A stretch of DNA of 64,000 bases, from contig JAQGDQ010000143.1 in assembly GCA_030141605.1 (NCBI GenBank), forward strand, positions 248,001-312,000, read 5' to 3'. A program made the position numbers and the translations under genes. Below, in pieces: positions 52,301-64,000 of this stretch. The notes below the pieces were generated by a model, which saw only the letters and a list, made by a program, of their open reading frames with translations, did no database searches and had not been told where the DNA came from. The stretch comes from Tubiluchus corallicola. Taxonomy: Eukaryota; Animalia; Priapulida. How positions within the stretch are numbered: the first letter of the stretch is position 1; the number at the start of each line of letters is the position of its first letter.

Positions 52301-54919
52301 AAAATATAAATATAAGCTTGGCAATACAAATGTCAACTTAATGCAATGTTTAACGCGTAGTAGTAAAATTGGCAAATTAGTTTGAGGATAAATCCTCAAA
52401 CTAATAAAGATTAAAAGCAATAAATAAAGTTTCATGAAATTTGTTCTCCTAAGTAAAACCTGCTCAATATATATAGGAATGATTTCTTGCGTGTATTTCT
52501 CTGTATTCACTGAAATCTTCTTTTAACCTGGCAGATGATTTCGAAAATCATTATAAAACCATTTATAAGACCAAAAATCAAGTCATATTCTTCAGAAGAG
52601 AGTGGTAACTATCCTGTAGCGAGATTCAACTCTTCTTAATGTTCCTTACTCTGTAGCAGAACAGTACAGGTTTGGGTTTGCTGGTTGTACTTACAGTCTA
52701 CGTTTTTACTGAACAGGGTGCAAAGATTATAGTAACAACTGTGAGTATTGGTATGACACTGGTGAGTGTGAAAAAAATCCAGGCTTCATGTTGCTTATGT
52801 GTAGAAAATCGTGCAAAATCTGTACCAGTGGTAAGTATATGCAGAACTAATGTTAGGGAGTGATACATTTGCCAGCCAGCTCAGCAGTCGCTGTCCTTCT
52901 ACATTTATCATTTTATTTGTCTATTTTACTCATCTAGTAAACCATCTTCATGTAAGTACAATGGCAAACCTAAAACATTTCAAACGAGTGACATTTAAGG
53001 GATATTTTCTTTCAGTAACTTTAGTCCAAAATGCTTAACTTATCTTTGATAAAAAATCATATTTTCCTTCACGTGAAGATACATTGAAATAACACGTATC
53101 AGTTTTAACTGCGTTGTTTGCTCTTGGTACCACATGAAATTTGTATCAGATATTGTTTAGTTTGATATTGTCATTCATTTTCCGCAGCTTCTATAAAAGA
53201 TAGCGTCACCACATCTATAGAGATTTCTGCAACACAAGTTTTCAGTATGTAAGTTCGACGTAACGAGAAGTTTTGGGAAGCAAAGTTTGATTGAAAGTCT
53301 TTCTGATTTTACTGAAGCAAATAATAACAATAACAACCTTTATTTAAAGTTGGCTTTATTTATGTAACATTCTTCTGCAGTTGGTTAAAATTGGAAGTAA
53401 GGCTACATTACTAATAAACAGTTCGATGATAATGATAACAAAAGTACAAACTTTCATCAAAGTTGATAAGACAGTCCTCTGAAAACTCACTTCTTACGCA
53501 CAATAACTGTAGGTTAATTACAACACTTCGTTGTAGTTGCCTTTAAATGCTTGCTTTATATGTTACGAGCTCCTTCCTTTGAGTGATAACTTTTTGAATT
53601 ACGTATCACGAAAGGTTGCCAAACATCATAGTCAACACTGAACACTACAGTACATAAAAACAGGTGCTGTAGAAAGGCGTTTCTGTAAGTTGGCAGTCTT
53701 CTTTAGGTATACTAGCGAAATAACGTGAATACGTAATACGTGTGGCCATTGATCACATTTTACGTTAAATATGGCTGATCTAATGGCACTAGAACCATTA
53801 GAACGTACGTTTTTATGCTAAACTATTTCGTTGTATAATGCATTGCTGATTTAATTGCCGAGCTAAAACAGATGCCATTCTGAAAGAAAGCTACTCTTCT
53901 CACACACATTTTACATTACAACTCACAGTATTATAATCAAAGATTTTAGGTATCTTACTTCATGCATTTATCCTACGTGCATTGTAGTCAGCATTGTATT
54001 CTATGTGCATTGTTCAAGTAATTATAGAACGTAGGTGCTGCACTTTATAGTAATATCATTATTATCTTTATCAAAGCTCCTGTGTTTCCATTTGTAGTTG
54101 ATATTTTATTGTATGTGCTTTGCGCACAGTGCATTATAATGTAGACGGAACACTTTTAATATTACATGTATAATTTAAAATCGTCAAAGCATATGTCTAA
54201 GTTTTTCTTAAAGTACAAGTACATCACATAAGGTTCAGCAGCTGTCGACTAATGTAGCATTAGGTCTGTATGAATTCAGTGAATTGGGCTAAGCATTTGC
54301 CTTGTGAAATTTTATTGCAGACGAGCCAGAACCATGCAAAGATAATCATAAATGGTGTAGATACTGGAGAACCAGGGGCGAATGTAAGAAAGATCCAGGT
54401 TATATGTTGTACCAATGCAAAAAGTCATGCAAAGTGTGTGCAGGTATAATTACATCCTTATCACGTGCTTTTCTGTTTTGTAATAATCATCTGCCTTTCT
54501 ATTGTTGCCTCCTCAGAATTTTCGTCTGCACTTCTCCTACAGTTATGAAGCTACAAAAATGAAATTACACATACTTTAATTTATACACGTGTTTTAATAT
54601 GTAGTGAGCATTGTATTCTATGCGCAAATTGTGCATTGTATAACAAATTATAGCACGTAAGTGCTGCAGGCTATATTAAAACCATTAACTTTAACAAATC
54701 ATTTGTTACCCATATTTTAAAACATAGCCACATAATGAGATATGTATATATAATAAAGTGAACTGGGCTGAGCAGCCTTATGAAACTTTGTTGCAGATCA
54801 GCCAAAACCATGCAAAGATAAATGGAAATGTGAACACAGGTTAGGAGTAGACAAATGTCCCAGGGATGACCTGGATAAACTTGAGTTTTATCAGTGCAAG
54901 AAATGCAAACATTGTTCAG
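49035..54919 (+). CDS. Spliced gene model: secreted VWC-LDLa-(ShKT)5 mosaic protein, 3' end uncertain; exons 49035-49314, 49811-49933, 50216-50251, 51314-51436, 52072-52182, 52717-52830, 53188-53244, 54321-54443, 54797-54919
   Basis: All exons have GT-AG boundaries, all introns are phase 1, and the joined 1090 nt has no stop. Cys spacings match VWC (10 Cys), LDLa (6 Cys) and ShKT (6 Cys). N-terminal hydrophobic signal peptide. Confidence 0.85.
49811..49933 (+). CDS. Exon 2: LDL-receptor class A module
   Basis: ttttag|AT...T|gtaaga; translates DSSPCTSDEFDCMSNNERCLPLRYTCDHVPDCVNEYDEKFC; not in the ORF track. Confidence 0.9.
50216..50251 (+). CDS. 36-nt Ser/Thr linker micro-exon (SYNRQSTTVATI)
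   Basis: Strong acceptor ttttcag|CG, donor G|gtgtgt, phase 1-1. Confidence 0.65.
51314..51436 (+). CDS. ShKT domain 1 exon
   Basis: tttgcag|AA...G|gttagt; EPESCRDLDEDCEDPYKRGECTKDPAYMLHYCNKTCRGCF. Confidence 0.9.
51566..51680. mobile_element. Penelope-like element remnant: inverted pair of decayed hammerhead-type motifs
   Basis: + strand CCGACGA..stem..GTCGAAACGTT then AATAAA; - strand CTG(TTA)ATGAAGACC..GGTTGAAACGTT. Confidence 0.5.
52072..52182 (+). CDS. ShKT domain 2 exon
   Basis: ttttcag|AT...G|gtagga; CMDFFDDCSKWAMQGKCTDVSNVKAECQKSCNMCTD. Confidence 0.9.
52717..52830 (+). CDS. ShKT domain 3 exon
   Basis: aacag|GG...G|gtaagt; CKDYSNNCEYWYDTGECEKNPGFMLLMCRKSCKICTS, a canonical ShKT pattern. 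Confidence 0.92.
53188..53244 (+). CDS. 57-nt Ser/Thr linker exon (ASIKDSVTTSIEISATQVF)
   Basis: ttttccgcag|CT acceptor; the A|gtatgt donor keeps phase 1 (a gtaagt 4 nt downstream would frameshift). Confidence 0.65.
54321..54443 (+). CDS. ShKT domain 4 exon
   Basis: ttgcag|AC...G|gtataa; EPEPCKDNHKWCRYWRTRGECKKDPGYMLYQCKKSCKVCA. Confidence 0.9.
54797..54919 (+). CDS. Divergent ShKT-like domain 5 exon (tandem duplicate of the ShKT4 exon)
   Basis: ttgcag|AT...G|gtacaa; open 123 nt: QPKPCKDKWKCEHRLGVDKCPRDDLDKLEFYQCKKCKHCS; flanking intron is similar to that around ShKT4. Confidence 0.72.
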
Positions 54920-55608
54920 GTACAACAAAAATTCTGCCGATTCATTGTTACATCACACATGTGTGGGTATAATACTTAATTCACCAGTTTTTTATTTTTA
55001 TCTTCGGCCATTGTGTCATCGTTGTTTCTTCAGAATTTTTGCCTGCACATGTTAAGTTTTAAACATTGTAGGTGGGCACAGTGAACTTAGATTAACGATG
55101 TGTTCTTTTGATAGTAATATCAAGACGTAATACAATTTTTATGGTGTTGCACTTGACGTTCACGTATAGTAGAGTCACTGATGAATTCACTCATTTGTTT
55201 ACACACACACCCCGGCATTATCATCGTTTTTGTTTGTTTTTTGCATTGTTTGAATGTTTTTTCATGTACGCGTTTTTGTCTGTGTGTCTGTCCGTCCGTC
55301 CCTCCGTCTGTTTGTGCATCTGTCCCTTCGCTTGTCCGTCCGCTAGCCCACCCATCCGACCAACCGATCATCCGTCTTCTCTGTCCCTCTCTGCTTTCTC
55401 TCTTTCTTCCCCCTCTCTCTTTCTTCATTCATCTTTTCTCTACTTTTATGTTGTTTGTTTGTTTCTTTGTTTATCTGCTTTTTCTTGTTGTCTGATTAAT
55501 TAAGCGGCAGATTAGGCTGGTAGAAAATATGCCAAGAGGATAGATCAATTGCTTGATTGATATCGATGGGCATTTACTTTAGTAACTTGTTGTTTGTTTG
55601 TTATATAG

Positions 55609-55725
55609 GTAAGGGTTAAAACTGCGCCAATGTAGCTTACAAATGAAAAACACCGGTGACAGCGACCACGCACAGGCGAATGTGATTTATATCCAAATTA
55701 TTGTCATTGCCATAATTCGAGTTAG
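55609..55725 (+). pseudogene. Probable decayed ShKT exon (or very short terminal exon GKG*)
   Basis: Follows tttgttatatag; contains frame-broken NCANVAYK* and RTGECDLYPNYCHCHNSS*, which resembles the TGEC..NP.Y...C.KSC half of ShKT. Confidence 0.4.
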
Positions 55726-56422
55726 CTAATTTAGGGAAGTTAGTATCAGCATCTCTATGGGAGGAAAACCTTATCACGGACCTCGACTATGCTGCCTGCT
55801 ACAAGTTTTTAGTCAAAATAAAAAACAAAAAACAAAAGTTGGTTGTTGAGATCTTTATCTGCAAAACATGGTCTCCTTGTTGTTTGATTGCTGTTATAGA
55901 GCTGTTAGTGTTCCTGCTTATTGTGCGAGCCTACATATTGTACACAATGATTGTGATTTATTATACTTCTCGTTTGGGTCCCGGATATTTCATAACTTAA
56001 TTTTATTGATATTAATACGAAATAAACATTGCAGCAAATAGGCCTAATATTTGTTACAATAATACTAAAAATAAATTTAGATTTGTTAACCTATCTTAGG
56101 CATAAAATTTTTCATTTCTGGTAAAAAAAATGTGCTGAAAAGCACAATCACATAACTATTTGGTTATTCCACCGCCTCTGGTATTATAATAAGGGTCAAA
56201 CAGGCCTCTAGAATCAATTATGCACAAAAAACTTCACATCAAAACTTCACATCAAACTTCACATCACAAGCATGATTGTTTGGTTAACATTAAAATACAG
56301 AGATATATACTGACGCGTCCTTTATGTACTGCAATATGTGTGAGCTAATTTTTATAACAGTGCATTCACATGACTTTCGCTTCAAAACGGAATTTCACGG
56401 GTGTTATTCACAAAATAATTCC

Positions 56423-56884
56423 CACTGGTTCCTACCTTTTGTTGACGTCGACCCCTTTCCAAAACCCTGCATCATATCGCGACCCCAGGAAGAACATAAT
56501 CACATGTTATATTATTAAACATAATTATCGTTTGCATTTATTAATTTTAACTTACTATTCAACAAATTATTGAACAAGTAGTAATTGTTTCATTAATTCA
56601 TAATGTAAAATGAATATCGACACTCTTTCCGGTGGTGTACATTTTACACAAGTGTGCAGCATGGAACAACGCGCATTTTGCTGGAAAATCAAGCACTGGT
56701 GTACCCGCATTTATAACGGGAAACCCAGTCTTACTTTCCAGAACAAAATGATATAATGAGCGACTGAGGAAACAAGACCTACATACATACTTTTCATGAA
56801 AACAGCATTTTTTAAAAATAGCTTTTGGACTAGCCCGCGACCACACGAAAAGTGCTTCCCGACTCCAAAGGTTGGGAACGCATG
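56423..56884. mobile_element. Decayed hAT/Charlie-type MITE
   Basis: Ends CACTGGTTCCTACCTTTT and AAAGGTTGGGAACGCATG resemble CAGTGGTTCCCAACC-type TIRs; internal CGACCCC repeats; no clear TSD. Confidence 0.5.
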
Positions 56885-57033
56885 TGTTAGACCTTATTCG
56901 AATTTTAAATGCTTGCCGAAAGATGGCAGCATCAGGATGTTTTGCTTAGCGTTAACCCGTTAAGGGTTAATCAGTGATGAAAATCTGTTGCTGTAACATT
57001 TAGCCTTATAAGTTAAATGTACCTGTATATGAG

Positions 57034-57227
57034 CCACTGAACCGGAAGAGTTGTCTCCGCCACGTTTAGATGCACATACATCCTCCCCCGGTGATACAAA
57101 CAGCACAATCGGTGTGGCAGTACAATCATCATCAGGTATTTTCAAATGCCCGCCTGAAGGTAGCAGCACCAGGATGGTTGGCCTATTTTGCCGACATTAC
57201 CATGACCATGGCTGTTTCGATCAGTAA
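57034..57227 (+). CDS. Candidate terminal exon of the ShKT gene (Pro/Ser/Thr linker + 3 Cys)
   Basis: Locally GC-richer open frame ATEPEELSPPRLDAHTSSPGDTNSTIGVAVQSSSGIFKCPPEGSSTRMVGLFCRHYHDHGCFDQ*, phase 1 compatible, but the acceptor (tatgag) is weak. Confidence 0.35.
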
Positions 57228-59434
57228 TGGAAATTTCTATGCTGCTATAACGCTTAAATATTTAAGAACTACAATCTGAATTCTTTGTGAATCATAGTAC
57301 AAAGTTTCCAGAATTTACATGATCCTCAATATCTTATCATTTAGGCGCATCATTACTTTTTTAATGAGTAACATGTTTGTGCTAATTGTTAGCAAATTAT
57401 AGTGTTCTTTCATTTTGCATTCTCAGTAATACCTAAAAATAATAATTCAGTTTAAAATTAACTTGAACATGTTTTTTTATATAAAAAGGCGAATTTCACC
57501 TGTAAGTACTGAAACGATTCATCGCAGGAAAATAATCAGCACACATCAAAAAAGTGTTCTCCCATAAGACCAGTAATTTTGTAGCGTATGTTACGGCCAG
57601 TAGTGCATCTAAAAATAATAAACATTGCTCATCTAATTACTTTAAGAACGTTAACCTTAAAGTCTAATGTGGCAGTTACACTTTATGTCTATTAAGATTT
57701 ATGCCTATTTTAGCCTAATTTTTTTAAACGTCAAGAAAAGGGAATTTTAAAGTGTATCCCAAAAAACTTTTCACACAAAGTTATTACACTTAACATTAAG
57801 CTCATCTGTTTGAAAGACTTACGCAAATGGAAAAGAAAATTCTTAGTAATTCAAATTGCTAGCGTTAACTGGTAAAATGTCACTGTCTCACCATCCCAGT
57901 GTGCACTACTGGCTCAACAAAAACACATTATTGATCTTATTGATAATATAAAGTCATTTATTAATTTATACTTTTGCAAAGAGTGTGCTGCAAATGCTCT
58001 ATTGTTTTGAAAAATTTATGCGACGTTATCTAAATCTGTTTCAAATGACATCGTAAGAATGACTGCGCCTAGCGATTATTGCGGCAGTTTAAAGTTACAA
58101 ATGATTTGTAGAGCTACTGCTAACGCAAGGTTTGTATGCAATAAGAGAGCTTATAAGTGATACAAAATTTCAAGACGAACTTTTAGACTTTATTTATGAA
58201 GAGTGTTTCCTTGTCTTTTAACAAGCGACTGGTTGCTTTAATTACCGAAAGTTCCCAAAATCTCTTGCAATTTAACACATCTAAAGACACCCAACATGCA
58301 TGCACAGTCACTGGGGAAATAAACGTATAATAAAGTGAATAAAATTAAACAAACCACTCAGTAATTCAGACAGTCACTGAGTATAGGATTTATATGACAC
58401 GTCACCCGTGGGAATTTCAGGGGATAACAAACACAGTGGCTTCTTTTGTGGGCAAGGAAACCCGCAAAAGTGTGGTACCATCAAATTTTACTAAAGTCAT
58501 ATCGAAGTTATAATTTTAACCACGTATTACGCGCGTAATTTTAACACGCAGCGCAACTTAATAAGTTAATAATGATACCCGCTATTCTGTTAATTACGGG
58601 GTGGTAGCTGCCAAGTGTAGAACTAATAAAAATAAGTGCCTGCAAGATAAACATAGAATCGCAAAGTCAATCGTATATGCCCGAGCCTTTGGTGTAGTTT
58701 TCCTTACTATAAATACAGCAATTAATGTCGCCGTGTTATTTTTACAGCCTGCAAATTTGTTTAAAAACAATTTGGCAATTTTGAGTTTTCATAGCGCAGA
58801 AAACACAAGTAGAATCACGTCACTGCACGAAACCTGGTTTCACTTAAGACTAGAATAACTCCTCAACTTCCCAAATGTGCAGAATACCACCAATTGCGTT
58901 ACAGGCGATAAAAAGAAAGGTTACTCACTATGATTTCAACGTCTTATCAGAAAGATCAGCTGGTGCATAAACCAAGACGTGAAAAAACGTTGAACCTTAT
59001 ATTCTTGAATTGTTGAATTAGGTCAGAAGAAGATCCGTTAAAAATATAAGGTTGTATCATAAAGTTGTGCAACAAATAAGACTTGGCATTAGCAAAAAGT
59101 TGCTCTGCTCGTTTTGTTAGTACACTCATTTTAGAAAAAAATACACTGTTAAGTTCTCTGCATATCTATTGGCAAAATGTTTTATTATAAAGTCTTTGTA
59201 CGCACAAAACGGTAATATAGGCCTAATAATACTGTTGTTGTTAACATGATGGCGAAGTTAAAATGTAAGATTATTAAACTAATGTTATAAATTTTCATGT
59301 TCATCTGCTACACATGTCGAGAACAAGAATAAAAGTTGAGGCTGAGCTGAGTCACTTTTATCGAAAAATACTTGGAAAAAGCGCAAGTGAACGTCAAGTC
59401 GGGAATTGTCTTACCCACCCCATGATCAAAATAT

Positions 59435-59620
59435 GTCCGGATTTCGGGCACTTCATTTGGCGGAATGGAAAAATTGCGAGATTTCCTTTTATGAAAAACA
59501 TTATTTTATGTTTTTCATCATTTGGCCGGTGCCCGAAAAATTTTATGATTGCCCGAAAAAATGTTTTTGCCCGAATCCAGTCCCACAGCCCCCACCCCGC
59601 CCCCGGCTTGTACGCCTATG
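59435..59620. mobile_element. hAT-like MITE end fragment
   Basis: GCCCGAA repeats and a terminal CCCCGGCTTGTACGCCTATG; partner TIR not found. Confidence 0.4.
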
Positions 59621-59886
59621 CAGAATCATGCAGGAAACTGGTGTGTTTGAAGATGAAAGACGAGATAAATTTTATTTAATGGCAATCAGCTACATAAATA
59701 ACATGATATAAAGCTCTTTTACCAACTATGGTATGTTGGCAAATGGTTTTCTTTGCTCTAGCAACATGTACTATTATCATTATGTAATCAATATAAATTT
59801 TATCTTGCAAATTAATTTTGAAAATTAATACATAAATTTGTAATCAACTTTAAATTTAGAGGTAGGGAGGCTCCGAAAAGTTGGGA

Positions 59887-59957
59887 GTCAACCAGGATTC
59901 GAACATAAAAAACCTTGTGGTATTAGGCCACACATTCTTTCCATTTGAGCTGTCAAC
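59887..59957 (-). pseudogene. tRNA-derived sequence (SINE head or tRNA pseudogene)
   Basis: Minus strand: A-box-like AGCTCAAATGG, stem-loop TGTGG-CCTAATA-CCACA, B-box GTTCGAATCC; internal T6 tract and broken T-stem argue against a functional tRNA. Confidence 0.55.
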
Positions 59958-60554
59958 CTGCACTCTAAAGCAGCCGGTCTGAATAGTCATACTAGTTTGT
60001 ATGTATTGTTTATGGTGCGCTAGCGGCTAAAAAACATAATCAAAAATGATTTTGTGGAGAATGGGTGCGTGGTGAGCTCAAATCAATGGCATTTCGCTTG
60101 TTAAATTTGAAAGCAAACCGTTTTCACTTATGAAGTCTTAGTGCCATGTACTTAAATTTCACAACTTATGGTCATGAACAGTTTAAAAAACTTGATCTTT
60201 CCGTTTCTTGTTCGCTCTCTTCTCGTCTTTACACCATAGTACAGTACCTATACCAGCTCCCATACAAAATTAGTGCACACTCTACGCCTTTCACTAATCC
60301 ACCTTATTAGCAGCAAACAGAAGCAGTTCTTCCGGCTGCAATTAGCAAGACCTAACTGAATAGAGATTACTGATAATCAACGTACAAAGTTTGACGGTTA
60401 TCAATAACATAGACTCAGCTATATGGGTTATCGTGCGTACAGACAAGTGAGCTGTGGCTTCATTAGGGATATGCCTATAAAATTACCGATGTCAGTCCGG
60501 TGGGTGTGGTGTCCATCTATGTATTTATTTGTTTGTTTGTTTGTACATTCACTG

Positions 60555-60712
60555 ATTCGTTCATTCATTCATTCATTCATTCATTCGTTCGTTCGTTCGT
60601 TCGTTCGTTCGTTCGTTCGTTCATTTGTTCGTTCGTTCGTTCGTTCATTCGTTCGTTCGTTCGTTGGCTCCTATGGCTGTATTACTATTACTTCCACTGC
60701 TACTACTACTAC
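60555..60712. repeat. (TTCA)n-(TTCG)n-(TAC)n compound microsatellite
   Basis: Direct reading. Confidence 0.95.
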
Positions 60713-63700
60713 AGATAGCAAAAAAACTTAACTATATACAACACAGATTTTAATTGTTACACTTATACTGATAAATGATGCCCCAAGAGTAATGTGGCAT
60801 TATTTTTCAGCACGCAGCAAATGTTACTCGTTAAGATACCTTGTTGATCCCCACTGTTTAACTTCTGAGTCTATGGAGGCAGGAAACACGCTAACACTTA
60901 CGTAAAGAAAGCAGAAAAGGAGCCTTAGAAGATGGACCTCAAAGTTATTAGCATACACAGAATGGCCGCTTTAAACTGTCAAAAAACTTGATTTCATAAA
61001 TAAACTATAAAAAGATTTTTTAATGAAAAAAATTTCATCAATTAAGAAGCAGGGAAAAAACACGACTACCGTGATTTATCTTCAGGTGAGAAATAAGAAA
61101 GAAAAAAGGAAAAAAAATCACAAAATCACTTAACAAAACAGAGAAAAAACACAGAGGCGTTTTCTTTCATTAACTGTCACTATTCTTGTCATTAAAAATT
61201 AAATTTGCGTTAAATAAAATTTTAGTTATCTGCTATAAAAACATATGAATATTAGGAACGTCACGACAAATTTGTGTACCTCACATAGGCAAATTGTTTT
61301 CGCTATAGGTTTGTTGGCTGCGTAGTGTCTAGCTAAATTCTTAGACCGATAGCCAAATTATTTAAGGCGGGTAGCTTTCAAAAGAGCGAGAAATCGCCAC
61401 CACTCAAATTAGGTAACTCATTTCACTCCAGTTCTTCTTTATTTTTGTGAAAAGGGCATACCATATCAAAACGTGCAATAAAAATAATAATTTACCCAGA
61501 GTGTAATCACATAATGGAATAGCAGTTAACTAGAACCTCAATTAAATCATCAAGTTAATCAGTTTGTGACACAGATAAATCTTATTCTAAATTTTACGTT
61601 ATCAATTGATTAATAAATGAACTTTCAAAGCAAATTAATGGTAACAGTTTTAGTATACGTAATGTGTGTCTTCAAATCATCAAATTCTAAATGCGGAAGA
61701 GTTAGTTACATTTTGTCAGTTTGTACGTCGCAAGCATTTGTCAACACATGAAGCCAAACCAGATCTTTAGACGAAGCCACGCGCTTGCTCCTGCTAGTCG
61801 TCTTGCGCTTGTCAAATGCACATGGTAGACAAGTCAGCAGTGTACAAGATTCAGTCTTGCTAACAACCTTTAACCAACGCTGTGCAACCTCACTAAACTC
61901 GCATTAAGCTCACACATTAAACTTGATGCAATCATAGCGAAAGGTGTGGATCGTATCGAAAGTGTTCTGCTGTTCGCGTTTCGTTATGGTGAAAAAGATG
62001 AAGATTAATGGACGACGTCTTAACTGGAAAGCGAGGCGATAAGTTGCCAGGTCAGTATACCGCAATTATCACCCCGCTATGGGTTGTTGATTTATGATTC
62101 TCTTTATTTTCTCATGGAAACGTGATGTTACTGTGCTAAAAGCCAGCGAATTACAGTATTTGAATTCAGGAAAAACCCTTTGTGTCGTACACGTAATTCC
62201 AAATACATTATTGCGACTGTAGTGTAGTATTATGTACTGTAGTGTGCTGTCTTAAAATTATAATATGTATTAACTAAGTATTTAACTAACAATATTTGCA
62301 GCAAAAATATATCTGTGAAATTCAGCCATCCTTAGTGACCAAACAGCATTATGCATCTAACGTAAAAAAGCATTTTAATTGTGGCGATAAATATTCTAAC
62401 GGACAAATCCGTGAACATATAATTCAAACACAGCAACAAAAATGGCAACAGCTTAGTTATTTCGGGGATGTTTCGATAAGACAATTATAGAACAAGCTGT
62501 TTATTCCAGCTTAATAGTGATCAATATTGAAACTATATTTGTACAAAACATTTCTGGGGAAGAAAAAACCGCAGAATACTAAAACACTCCAAAACATTAT
62601 AAATGATAACAGCATGCTAAAAACATTCAAATAGTCCATATGCAAATGGTGTTGAAGATAAATCATTTATTTTATCATGCTGCCGTTTTTTCTTGGACAA
62701 AAGGAACATAAATATTGTCAAAAATATCGCTTATACTGTGTTTGCTTAGTTGAAACTGGAGCTTGCCTCTGTTCTTTATGAGCGTCCTGCAAACCTGTAG
62801 AGGATCGGACCTGCGAACTAATTAAAGTCAAATCACGAAGTTTTGATACATTTCTTAGTTAACGCGGCATTTACCAGACATCCGGAATGCGTTTTGCATA
62901 TTGCGTATTTGTTATTGCATATTGGTTATTGCGCATGCATTTGTGCTTCATAGATAAAAACCAATTTATCTTGTTTTCAATGCGTTCGTTTATAAGACCT
63001 GTGTTATTGCATTGTTTTTTTCAGCGATTCCTACTAGATTGTTTATACGGAGTTGGATACGCAATGACGCATAATGCACTGCTTAACGCAGCAAATTCTA
63101 ACAACTGAATAGATATATTTTAGCCTAATCTGCTGAATGCAAGTACAATATGGGCCTACTATTTTAATAATTTACTTGGACGCCAGTTATAATTTCTGTT
63201 CCATACCATAAATATGTTTATAACCTGTTAAGAACTGAAAGTGATCATTCATGCACTTTGTAAATCAATTCATTTGTTGTTTATCATGTTGCTAAGCAAA
63301 TTTAGCACGAACCGTATGTTATTAAATTCCTCACAAAATCAGTAACAATAATCAGACTGCAATAAGACTTTTATAAGACAACATAATTAAATAATTAGCT
63401 ACATGGCTATCTTTGTTTATCCCATGTCCTTAGTTGTATCTGAAAGCCTGCAAGAAGCTATAAGACGGTAAAATTAAATTAACTTTCATCTTATTACACT
63501 TCTTTAATCACTTAATCAGAAGGACTTTCAACTAACTGGAACTGTAATCCTGCCAGAGTTAGTAAAGCTTTCAATTTGACTAAATGTATAAGCCAGCCGC
63601 GCTGCAGCCTCACGTAGAAGGGCTGATTATCACCAGCCATGTGGATAAATTAGCCTAGTTGCTGAATAGTTAATGAAGCCAGGCTTTGTTACACAGTTTC

Positions 63701-64000
63701 CATATCTATTATTTCTCTTATTTCTCTTCTTTGCTCTTCTCTTCTCTTCTTTGGACTCATTCCTCTTTTCTCTTCTTTGTCTTCTCTTCTCCTCTCCCTC
63801 TCCTCTCTTCTCTCATCTCTTCTTCACTCATCTCACTACAAATAGCTTACAGAGTATGAGACACTAAAGCATGTACTTGTTTGCGCGCTGAAATAATAGC
63901 GCATTTAATATCACATTGCCAATGCTAATAGCTGTTTGAAAAGCCATTTTGTTTATCAAATGAAAAGTCTCTGTGGGCCAAATTGAGTAGTATAAGTTAT

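Noticed and set aside
59887-59957. Functional tRNA-Leu(TAA)
   Set aside because: Internal T6 Pol III terminator, disrupted T-stem and no long variable arm; kept only as a tRNA-derived relic

Overview
AT-rich, intron-rich invertebrate (animal) genomic DNA. It is not prokaryotic: no operons, rRNA or CRISPR, and most entries in the ORF track are microsatellite or chance ORFs. Two spliced + strand genes can be reconstructed by hand. (1) A rhodopsin-class neuropeptide GPCR of the CCAP/neuropeptide-S/NG-peptide receptor family: 7 coding exons over 6536-46359, 403 aa visible, N-terminal exon not found. (2) A secreted Cys-rich mosaic protein starting at 49035: signal peptide + VWC + LDL-receptor class A + five ShKT domains on symmetric phase-1 exons. 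It includes a duplicated, strongly diverged fifth ShKT exon and a probable decayed sixth; its last exon is uncertain. The introns hold decayed CR1/L2-type and RTE LINEs, several MITEs, a nested foldback-transposon complex (33.7-36.4 kb), several recent local duplications (one inverted, two tied to microsatellites), a decayed inverted pair of Penelope-type hammerhead motifs, and many micro/minisatellites. All calls come from reading the sequence by eye; no searches were run.
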